From the NCBI GenBank assembly GCA_964016885.1, contig OZ024740.1, forward strand, positions 441,006,001 through 441,070,000: DNA of 64,000 bases, given 5' to 3'. The stretch is from Eledone cirrhosa (Eukaryota). The position numbers and the translations under genes are program-made. The notes under the pieces are model-generated. The model was given only the letters and a program-made list of their open reading frames with translations, was not told the DNA's origin and did no database searches. Positions within the stretch are counted from its first letter, which is position 1, and every line of letters begins with the position of its first letter. Of this stretch, positions 1 to 12,000 are shown in pieces.

Positions 1-3000
1 AACATAGTAGTGTTGGTTCTAACATAGTAGTGTTGGTTCTAACCTAGTAGTGTTGGTTCTAACATAGTAGTGTTGGTTCTCACATAGTAGTGTTGGTTCT
101 AACATAGTAGTGTTGGTTCTCACATAGTAGTGTTGGTTCTAAGATAGTAGCGTTGGTTCTAACATAGTAGTGTTGGTTCTAACATAGTAGTGTTGGTTCT
201 CACATAGTAGTGTTGGTTCTAACATAGTAGTGTTGGTTCTCACATAGTAGTGTTGGTTCTAACATAGTAGTGTTGGTTCTAACATAGTAGTGTTGGTTCT
301 CACATAGTAGTGTTGGTTCTCACATAGTAGTGTTGGTTCTCACATAGTAGTGTTGGTTCTCACATAGTAATGTTGGTTCTAACATAGTAGTGTTGGTTCT
401 AACATAGTAGTGTTGGTTCTCACATAGTAGTGTTGGTTCTCACATAGTAGTGTTGGTTCTCACATACTAGTGTTGGTTCTCACATAGTAATGTTGGTTCT
501 CACATAGTAGTGTTGGTTCTAACATAGTAGTGTTGGTTCTAACATTGTAGTGTTGGTTCTCACATAGTAGTGTTGGTTCTAACGTAGTAGTGTTGGTTCT
601 AACATAGTAGTGTTGGTTCTCACATAGTAGTGTTGGTTCTAACATAGTAGTGTTGGTTCTAACATAGTAGTGTTGGTTCTAACATAGTAGTGTTGGTTCT
701 AACGTAGTAGTGTTGGTTCTAACCTAGTAGTGTTGGTTCTAACATAGTAGTGTTGGTTCTCACATAGTAGTGTTGGTTCTAACATAGTAGTGTTGGTTCT
801 AACATAGAGGTGTTGGTTCTCACATAGTAGTGTTGGTTCTCACATACTAGTGTTGGTTCTCACATAGTAATGTTGGTTCTCACATAGTAGTGTTGGTTCT
901 AACATAGTAGTGTTGGTTGTAACATTGTAGTGTTGGTTCTCACATAGTAGTGTTGGTTCTAACGTAGTATATTTGGTTCTAACATAGTAGTGTTGGTTCT
1001 CACATAGTAGTGTTGGTTCTAACATAGTAGTGTTGGTTCTAACATAGTAGTGTTGGTTCTAACGTAGTAGTGTTGGTTCTAACATAGTAGTGTTGGTTCT
1101 AACGTAGTAGTGTTGGTTCTAACATAGTAGTGTTGGTTCTCACATAGTAGTGTTGGTTCTAACGTAGTAGTGTTGGTTCTAACATAGTAGTGTTGGTTCT
1201 AACATAGTAGTGTTAGTTCTAACATAGTAGTGTTGGTTCTCACATAGTAGTGTTGGTTCTAACGTAGTAGTGTTGGTTCTAACATAGTAGTGTTGGTTCT
1301 CACATAGTAGTGTTGGTTCTAACATAGTAGTGTTGGTTCTGAACATAGTAGTGTTGGTTCTCACATAGTAGTGTTGGTTCTAACGTAGTAGTGTTGGTTC
1401 TAACATAGTAGTGTTGGTTCTCACATAGTAGTGTTGGTTCTAACATAGTAGTGTTGGTTCTAACATAGTAGTGTTGGTTCTCACATAGTAGTGTTGGTTC
1501 TAACGTAGTAGTGTTGGTTCTCACATAGTACGGTTGTTGTAACATAGTAGGGATGGTTCTAACATAGTAGTGTTGGTTCTAATATAGTACTGTTGGTTCT
1601 AACATAGTAGTGTTGGTTCTAACATAGTAAGGTTGGTTCTAACATAGTAGTGTTGGTTCTAACATAGTAGTTGGTTCTAACATAGTAGTGTTGGTTCTAA
1701 CATAGTAGTGTTGGTTCTCACATAGTAGGGTTGGTTCTAACATAGTAGTGTTGGTTCTAACATAGTAGTGTTGGTTCTAACATAGTAGTGTTTGTTCTAA
1801 CATAGTAGTGTTGGTTCTAACCTAGTAGTGTTGGTTCTAACATAGTAGTGTTGGTTCTCACATAGTAGTGTTGGTTCTAACATAGTAGTGTTGGTTCTCA
1901 CATAGTAGTGTTGGTTCTAACATAGTAGTGTTGGTTCTCACATAGTAGTGTTGGTTCTAACATAGTAGTGTTGGTTCTCACATAGTAGTGTTGGTTCTCA
2001 CATAGTAGTGTCGGTTCTCACATACTAGTGTTGGTTCTCACATAGTAATGTTGGTTCTCACATAGTAGTGTTGGTTCTAACATAGTAGTGTTGGTTCTAC
2101 CATTGTAGTGTTGGTTCTCACATAGTAGTGTTGGTTCTAACATAGTAGTGTTGGTTCTAACATAGTAGTGTTGGTTCTAACATAGTAGTGTTGGTTCTAA
2201 CATAGTAGTGTAGGTTTTTACATTGTAGTGTTGTTTCTAACATAGTAGGGTTGGTTCTAACATAGTAGTGTTGGTTCTCACATAGTAGTGTTGATTCTAA
2301 CATAGTAGTGTTGGTTCTAACATAGTAGTGTTGGTTCTAACATATTAGTGTTGGTTCTAACATAGTAGTGTTTATTCTAACATAGTAGTGTTGGTTCTAA
2401 CATAGTAGTGTTGGTTCTCACATAGTAGTGTTTGTTCTACAATAATAGTGTTGGTTCTAACATAGTAGTGTTGGTTCTAACATAGTAGTGTTGGTTCTAA
2501 CATAGTAGTGTTGATTCTAACATAGTAGTGTTGGTTCTAACATAGTAGTGTTGGTTCTAACATATTAGTGTTGGTTCTAACATAGTAGTGTTTATTCTAA
2601 CATAGTAGTGTTGGTTCTAACATAGTAGTGTTGGTTCTAACATAGTAGTGTTGGTTCTCACATAGTAGTGTTGGTTCTCACATAGTATTATTGGTTCTAA
2701 CATAGTAGTGCTGGTTCGCACATAGTAGTGTTGGTTCTCACATAGTAGGGTTGGTTCTAACATAGTAGGCTTGGTTCTAACATAGTAGTGTTGGTTCTCA
2801 CATAGTAGGGTTGGTTCTAACATAGTAGGGTTGGTTCTAACATAGTAGTGTTGGTTCTCACATAGTAGTGTTGCTTCTAATATAGTAGGGTTGGTTCTAA
2901 CATAGTAGTGTTGGTTCGCACATAGTAGTGTTGGTTCTAATATAGTAGGGTTGGTTCTCACATAGTAGGGTTGTTTCTAATAGTAGTGTTGGTTCTCACA

Positions 3001-6000
3001 TATTAGTGTTGGTTCTCACATAGTACGGTTGTTCTAACATAGTAGGGTTGGTTCTAACGTAGTAGTGTTGGTTCTCACATAGTAGTGTTGGTTCTCACAT
3101 AGTAGTGTTGGTTCTAACATAGTAGTGTTGGTTCTCACATAGTACGGTTGTTCTAACATAGTAGGGTTGGTTCTAACATAGTAGTGTTGGTTCTAACATA
3201 GTAGTGTTGGTTCTAACATAGTAGTGTTGGTTCTAAAATAGTAAGGTTGGTTCTAACATAGTAGTGTTGGTTCTAACATAGTAGTTGGTTCTAACATAGT
3301 AGTGTTGGTTCTAACATAGTAGTGTTGGTTCTCACATAGTAGGGTTGGTTCTAACATAGTAGTGTTGTTTCTAAAATAGTGGTTTTGGTTCTAACGTAGT
3401 AGTGTTGGTTCAAACATAGTAGTGTTGGTTCTAACGTAGTAGTGTTGGTTCTAACATAGTAGTGTTGGTTCTCACATAGTAGTGTTGGTTCTAACGTAGT
3501 AGTGTTGGTTCTAACATAGTAGTGTTGGTTCTCACATAGTAGTGTTGGTTCTAACATAGTAGTGTTGGTTCTGACATAGTAGTGTTGGTTCTCACATAGT
3601 AGTGTTGGTTCTAACGTAGTAGTGTTGGTTCTCACATAGTAGTGTTGGTTCTAACATAGTAGTGTTGGTTCTCACATAGTACGGTTGTTCTAACATATTA
3701 GTGTTGGTTCTAACATAGTAGTGTTTATTCTAACATAGTAGTGTTGGTTCTAACATAGTAGTGTTGGTTCTAACATAGTAGTGTTGGTTCTCACATAGTA
3801 GTGTTGGTTCTCACATAGTATTATTGGTTCTAACATAGTAGTGCTGGTTCTCACATAGTAGTGTTGGTTCTCACATAGTAGGGTTGGTTCTAACATAGTA
3901 GGCTTGGTTCTAACATAGTAGTGTTGGTTCTCACATAGTAGGGTTGGTTCTAACATAGCAGGGTTGGTTCTAACATAGTAGTGTTGGTTCTCACATAGTA
4001 GTGTTGCTTCTAATATAGTAGGGTTGGTTCTAACATAGTAGTGTTGGTTCGCACATAGTAGTGTTGGTTCTAATATAGTAGGGTTGGTTCTCACATAGTA
4101 GGGTTGTTTCTAATAGTAGTGTTGGTTTTCACATAGTAGTGTTGGTTCTCACATAGTACGGTTGTTCTAACATAGTAGGGTTGGTTCTAACGTAGTAGTG
4201 TTGGTTCTCACATAGTAGTGTTGGTTCTCACATAGTAGTGTTGGTTCTAACATAGTAGTGTTGGTTCTCACATAGTACGGTTGTTCTAACATAGTAGGTT
4301 TGGTTCTAACATAGTAGTGTTGGTTCTAACATAGTAGTGTTGGTTCTAACATAGTAGTGTTGGTTCTAACATAGTAAGGTTGGTTCTAACATAGTAGTGT
4401 TGGTTCTAACATAGTAGTTGGTTCTAACATAGTAGTGTTGGTTCTAACATAGTAGTGTTGGTTCTCACATAGTAGGGTTGGTTCTAACATAGTAGTGTTG
4501 GTTCTAACATAGTAGTGTTGGTTCTAACATAGTAGTGTTGGTTCTAACCTAGTAGTGTTGGTTCTAACATAGTGGTGTGGGTTCTCACATAGAAGTGTTG
4601 GTTCTAACATAGTAGTGTTGGTTCTAACATAGTAGTGTTGGTTCTAACATAGTAGTGTTGGTTCTCACATAGTAGTGTTGGTTCTAACATAGTAGTGTTG
4701 ATTCTCACATAGTAGTGTTGGTTCTAAGATAGTAGTGTTGGTTCTAACATAGTAGTGTTGGTTCTCACATAGTAGTGTTGGTTCTCACATAGTAATGTTG
4801 GTTCTAACATAGTAGTGTTGGTTCTAACATAGTAGTGTTGGTTCTAACATAGTAGTGTTGGTTCTAACCTAGTAGTGTTGGTTCTAACATAGTAGTGTTG
4901 GTTCTCACATAGTAGTGTTGGTTCTAACATAGTAGTGTTGGTTCTCACATAGTAGTGTTGGTTCTAAGATAGTAGCGTTGGTTCTAACATAGTAGTGTTG
5001 GTTCTAACATAGTAGTGTTGGTTCTCACATAGTAGTGTTGGTTCTAACATAGTAGTGTTGGTTCTCACATAGTAGTGTTGGTTCTAACATAGTAGTGTTG
5101 GTTCTAACATAGTAGTGTTGGTTCTCACATAGTAGTGTTGGTTCTCACATAGTAGTGTTGGTTCTCACATAGTAGTGTTGGTTCCCACATAGTAATGTTG
5201 GTTCTAACATAGTAGTGTTGGTTCTAACATAGTAGTGTTGGTTCTCACATAGTAGTGTTGGTTCTCACATAGTAGTGTTGGTTCTCACATACTAGTGTTG
5301 TTTCTCACATAGTAATGTTGGTTCTCACATAGTAGTGTTGGTTCTAACATAGTAGTGTTGGTTCTAACATTGTAGTGTTGGTTCTCACATAGTAGTGTTG
5401 GTTCTAACGTAGTAGTGTTGGTTCTAACATAGTAGTGTTGGTTCTCACATAGTAGTGTTGGTTCTAACATAGTAGTGTTGGTTCTAACATAGTAGTGTTG
5501 GTTCTAACATAGTAGTGTTGGTTCTAACGTAGTAGTGTTGGTTCTAACCTAGTAGTGTTGGTTCTAACATAGTAGTGTTGGTTCTCACATAGTAGTGTTG
5601 GTTCTAACATAGTAGTGTTGGTTCTAACATAGTAGTGTTGGTTCTCACATAGTAGTGTTGGTTCTCACATACTAGTGTTGGTTCTCACATAGTAATGTTG
5701 GTTCTCACATAGTAGTGTTGGTTCTAACATAGTAGTGTTGGTTCTAACATTGTAGTGTTGGTTCTCACATAGTAGTGTTGGTTCTAACGTAGTATATTTG
5801 GTTCTAACATAGTAGTGTTGGTTCTCACATAGTAGTGTTGGTTCTAACATAGTAGTGTTGGTTCTAACATAGTAGTGTTGGTTCTAACGTAGTAGTGTTG
5901 GTTCTAACATAGTAGTGTTGGTTCTAACGTAGTAGTGTTGGTTCTAACATAGTAGTGTTGGTTCTCACATAGTAGTGTTGGTTCTAACGTAGTAGTGTTG

Positions 6001-9000
6001 GTTCTAACATAGTAGTGTTGGTTCTAACATAGTAGTGTTGGTTCTAACATAGTAGTGTTGGTTCTCACATAGTAGTGTTGGTTCTAACGTAGTAGTGTTG
6101 GTTCTAACATAGTAGTGTTGGTTCTCACATAGTAGTGTTGGTTCTAACATAGTAGTGTTGGTTCTAACATAGTAGTGTTGGTTCTCACATAGTAGTGTTG
6201 GTTCTAACGTAGTAGTGTTGGTTCTAACATAGTAGTGTTGGTTCTCACATAGTAGTGTTGGTTCTAACATAGTAGTGTTGGTTCTAACATAGTAGTGTTG
6301 GTTCTCACATAGTAGTGTTGGTTCTAACGTAGTAGTGTTGGTTCTCACATAGTACGGTTGTTCTAACATAGTAGGGATGGTTCTAACATAGTAGTGTTGG
6401 TTCTAATATATTACTGTTGGTTCTAACATAGTAGTGTTGGTTCTAACATAGTAAGGTTGGTTCTAACATAGTAGTGTTGGTTCTAACATAGTAGTTGGTT
6501 CTAACATAGTAGTGTTGGTTCTAACATAGTAGTGTTGGTTCTCACATAGTAGGGTTGGTTCTAACATAGTAGTGTTGGTTCTAATATAGTAGTGTTGGTT
6601 CTAACATAGTAGTGTTTGTTCTAACATAGTAGTGTTGGATCTAACCTAGTAGTGTTGGTTCTAACATAGTAGTGTTGGTTCTCACATAGTAGTGTTGGTT
6701 CTAACATAGTAGTGTTGGTTCTCACATAGTAGTGTTGGTTCTAACATAGTAGTGTTGGTTCTCACATAGTAGTGTTGGTTCTAACATAGTAGTGTTGGTT
6801 CTCACATAGTAGTGTTGGTTCTCACATAGTAGTGTCGGTTCTCACATACTAGTGTTGGTTCTCACATAGTAATGTTGGTTCTCACATAGTAGTGTTGGTT
6901 CTAACATAGTAGTGTTGGTTCTACCATTGTAGTGTTGGTTCTCACATAGTAGTGTTGGTTCTAACATAGTAGTGTTGGTTCTAACATAGTAGTGTTGGTT
7001 CTAACATAGTAGTGTTGGTTCTAACATAGTAGTGTTGGTTTTTACATTGTAGTGTTGTTTCTAACATAGTAGGGTTGGTTCTAACATAGTAGTGTTGGTT
7101 CTCACATAGTAGTGTTGATTCTAACATAGTAATGTTGGTTCTAACATAGTAGTGTTGGTTCTAACATATTAGTGTTGGTTCTAACATAGTAGTGTTTATT
7201 CTAACATAGTAGTGTTGGTTCTAACATAGTAGTGTTGGTTCTCACATAGTAGTGTTTGTTCTACAATAATAGTGTTGGTTCTAACATAGTAGTGTTGGTT
7301 CTAACATAGTAGTGTTGGTTCTAACATAGTAGTGTTGATTCTAACATAGTAGTGTTGGTTCTAACATAGTAGTGTTGGTTCTAACATATTAGTGTTGGTT
7401 CTAACATAGTAGTGTTTATTCTAACATAGTAGTGTTGGTTCTAACATAGTAGTGTTGGTTCTAACATAGTAGTGTTGGTTCTCACATAGTAGTGTTGGTT
7501 CTCACATAGTATTATTGGTTCTAACATAGTAGTGCTGGTTCGCACATAGTAGTGTTGGTTCTCACATAGTAGGGTTGGTTCTAACATAGTAGGCTTGGTT
7601 CTAACATAGTAGTGTTGGTTCTCACATAGTAGGGTTGGTTCTAACATAGTAGGGTTGGTTCTAACATAGTAGTGTTGGTTCTCACATAGTAGTGTTGCTT
7701 CTAATATAGTAGGGTTGGTTCTAACATAGTAGTGTTGGTTCGCACATAGTAGTGTTGGTTCTAATATAGTAGGGTTGGTTCTCACATAGTAGGGTTGTTT
7801 CTAATAGTAGTGTTGGTTCTCACATAGTAGTGTTGGTTCTCACATAGTACGGTTGTTCTAACATAGTAGGGTTGGTTCTAACGTAGTAGTGTTGGTTCTC
7901 ACATAGTAGTGTTGGTTCTCACATAGTAGTGTTGGTTCTAACATAGTAGTGTTGGTTCTCACATAGTACGGTTGTTCTAACATAGTAGGGTTGGTTCTAA
8001 CATAGTAGTGTTGGTTCTAACATAGTAGTGTTGGTTCTAACATAGTAGTGTTGGTTCTAACATAGTAAGGTTGGTTCTAACATAGTAGTGTTGGTTCTAA
8101 CATAGTAGTTGGTTCTAACATAGTAGTGTTGGTTCTAACATAGTAGTGTTGGTTCTCACATAGTAGGGTTGGTTCTAACATAGTAGTGTTGGTTCTAATA
8201 TAGTACTGTTGGTTCTAACATAGTAGTGTTGGTTCTAACATAGTAAGGTTGGTTCTAACATAGTAGTGTTGGTTCTAACATAGTAGTTGGTTCTAACATA
8301 GTAGTGTTGGTTCTAACATAGTAGTGTTGGTTCTCACATAGTAGGGTTGGTTCTAACATAGTAGTGTTGGTTCTAACATAGTAGTGTTGGTTCTAACATA
8401 GTAGTGTTTGTTCTAACATAGTAGTGTTGGTTCTAACCTAGTAGTGTTGGTTCTAACATAGTAGTGTTGGTTCTCACATAGTAGTGTTGGTTCTAACATA
8501 GTAGTGTTGGTTCTCACATAGTAGTGTTGGTTCTAACATAGTAGTGTTGGTTCTCACATAGTAGTGTTGGTTCTAACATAGTAGTGTTGGTTCTCACATA
8601 GTAGTGTTGGTTCTCACATAGTAGTGTCGGTTCTCACATACTAGTGTTGGTTCTCACATAGTAATGTTGGTTCTCACATAGTAGTGTTGGTTCTAACATA
8701 GTAGTGTTGGTTCTACCATTGTAGTGTTGGTTCTCACATAGTAGTGTTGGTTCTAACATAGTAGTGTTGGTTCTAACATAGTAGTGTTGGTTCTAACATA
8801 GTAGTGTTGGTTCTAACATAGTAGTGTAGGTTTTTACATTGTAGTGTTGTTTCTAACATAGTAGGGTTGGTTCTAACATAGTAGTGTTGGTTCTCACATA
8901 GTAGTGTTGATTCTAACATAGTAGTGTTGGTTCTAACATAGTAGTGTTGGTTCTAACATATTAGTGTTGGTTCTAACATAGTAGTGTTTATTCTAACATA

Positions 9001-12000
9001 GTAGTGTTGGTTCTAACATAGTAGTGTTGGTTCTCACATAGTAGTGTTTGTTCTACAATAATAGTGTTGGTTCTAACATAGTAGTGTTGGTTCTAACATA
9101 GTAGTGTTGGTTCTAACATAGTAGTGTTGATTCTAACATAGTAGTGTTGGTTCTCACATAGTAGTGTTGGTTCTAACATAGTAGTGTTGGTTCTCACATA
9201 GTAGTGTTGGTTCTCACATAGTAGTGTCGGTTCTCACATACTAGTGTTGGTTCTCACATAGTAATGTTGGTTCTCACATAGTAGTGTTGGTTCTAACATA
9301 GTAGTGTTGGTTCTACCATTGTAGTGTTGGTTCTCACATAGTAGTGTTGGTTCTAACATAGTAGTGTTGGTTCTAACATAGTAGTGTTGGTTCTAACATA
9401 GTAGTGTTGGTTCTAACATAGTAGTGTTGGTTTTTACATTGTAGTGTTGTTTCTAACATAGTAGGGTTGGTTCTAACATAGTAGTGTTGGTTCTCACATA
9501 GTAGTGTTGATTCTAACATAGTAATGTTGGTTCTAACATAGTAGTGTTGGTTCTAACATATTAGTGTTGGTTCTAACATAGTAGTGTTTATTCTAACATA
9601 GTAGTGTTGGTTCTAACATAGTAGTGTTGGTTCTCACATAGTAGTGTTTGTTCTACAATAATAGTGTTGGTTCTAACATAGTAGTGTTGGTTCTAACATA
9701 GTAGTGTTGGTTCTAACATAGTAGTGTTGATTCTAACATAGTAGTGTTGGTTCTAACATAGTAGTGTTGGTTCTAACATATTAGTGTTGGTTCTAACATA
9801 GTAGTGTTTATTCTAACATAGTAGTGTTGGTTCTAACATAGTAGTGTTGGTTCTAACATAGTAGTGTTGGTTCTCACATAGTAGTGTTGGTTCTCACATA
9901 GTATTATTGGTTCTAACATAGTAGTGCTGGTTCGCACATAGTAGTGTTGGTTCTCACATAGTAGGGTTGGTTCTAACATAGTAGGCTTGGTTCTAACATA
10001 GTAGTGTTGGTTCTCACATAGTAGGGTTGGTTCTAACATAGTAGGGTTGGTTCTAACATAGTAGTGTTGGTTCTCACATAGTAGTGTTGCTTCTAATATA
10101 GTAGGGTTGGTTCTAACATAGTAGTGTTGGTTCGCACATAGTAGTGTTGGTTCTAATATAGTAGGGTTGGTTCTCACATAGTAGGGTTGTTTCTAATAGT
10201 AGTGTTGGTTCTCACATAGTAGTGTTGGTTCTCACATAGTACGGTTGTTCTAACATAGTAGGGTTGGTTCTAACGTAGTAGTGTTGGTTCTCACATAGTA
10301 GTGTTGGTTCTCACATAGTAGTGTTGGTTCTAACATAGTAGTGTTGGTTCTCACATAGTACGGTTGTTCTAACATAGTAGGGTTGGTTCTAACATAGTAG
10401 TGTTGGTTCTAACATAGTAGTGTTGGTTCTAACATAGTAGTGTTGGTTCTAACATAGTAAGGTTGGTTCTAACATAGTAGTGTTGGTTCTAACATAGTAG
10501 TTGGTTCTAACATAGTAGTGTTGGTTCTAACATAGTAGTGTTGGTTCTCACATAGTAGGGTTGGTTCTAACATAGTAGTGTTGGTTCTAATATAGTACTG
10601 TTGGTTCTAACATAGTAGTGTTGGTTCTAACATAGTAAGGTTGGTTCTAACATAGTAGTGTTGGTTCTAACATAGTAGTTGGTTCTAACATAGTAGTGTT
10701 GGTTCTAACATAGTAGTGTTGGTTCTCACATAGTAGGGTTGGTTCTAACATAGTAGTGTTGGTTCTAACATAGTAGTGTTGGTTCTAACATAGTAGTGTT
10801 TGTTCTAACATAGTAGTGTTGGTTCTAACCTAGTAGTGTTGGTTCTAACATAGTAGTGTTGGTTCTCACATAGTAGTGTTGGTTCTAACATAGTAGTGTT
10901 GGTTCTCACATAGTAGTGTTGGTTCTAACATAGTAGTGTTGGTTCTCACATAGTAGTGTTGGTTCTAACATAGTAGTGTTGGTTCTCACATAGTAGTGTT
11001 GGTTCTCACATAGTAGTGTCGGTTCTCACATACTAGTGTTGGTTCTCACATAGTAATGTTGGTTCTCACATAGTAGTGTTGGTTCTAACATAGTAGTGTT
11101 GGTTCTACCATTGTAGTGTTGGTTCTCACATAGTAGTGTTGGTTCTAACATAGTAGTGTTGGTTCTAACATAGTAGTGTTGGTTCTAACATAGTAGTGTT
11201 GGTTCTAACATAGTAGTGTAGGTTTTTACATTGTAGTGTTGTTTCTAACATAGTAGGGTTGGTTCTAACATAGTAGTGTTGGTTCTCACATAGTAGTGTT
11301 GATTCTAACATAGTAGTGTTGGTTCTAACATAGTAGTGTTGGTTCTAACATATTAGTGTTGGTTCTAACATAGTAGTGTTTATTCTAACATAGTAGTGTT
11401 GGTTCTAACATAGTAGTGTTGGTTCTCACATAGTAGTGTTTGTTCTACAATAATAGTGTTGGTTCTAACATAGTAGTGTTGGTTCTAACATAGTAGTGTT
11501 GGTTCTAACATAGTAGTGTTGATTCTAACATAGTAGTGTTGGTTCTAACATAGTAGTGTTGGTTCTAACATATTAGTGTTGGTTCTAACATAGTAGTGTT
11601 TATTCTAACATAGTAGTGTTGGTTCTAACATAGTAGTGTTGGTTCTAACATAGTAGTGTTGGTTCTCACATAGTAGTGTTGGTTCTCACATAGTATTATT
11701 GGTTCTAACATAGTAGTGCTGGTTCGCACATAGTAGTGTTGGTTCTCACATAGTAGGGTTGGTTCTAACATAGTAGGCTTGGTTCTAACATAGTAGTGTT
11801 GGTTCTCACATAGTAGGGTTGGTTCTAACATAGTAGGGTTGGTTCTAACATAGTAGTGTTGGTTCTCACATAGTAGTGTTGCTTCTAATATAGTAGGGTT
11901 GGTTCTAACATAGTAGTGTTGGTTCGCACATAGTAGTGTTGGTTCTAATATAGTAGGGTTGGTTCTCACATAGTAGGGTTGTTTCTAATAGTAGTGTTGG

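Noticed and set aside
1341-1341. Singleton 1-bp insertions (G at 1341; also an extra base at ~51758)
   Set aside because: They are absent from the paralogous blocks, so they may be sequencing errors or trivial private mutations. The T insertion at ~55492/58471 is different because it is present in both copies.
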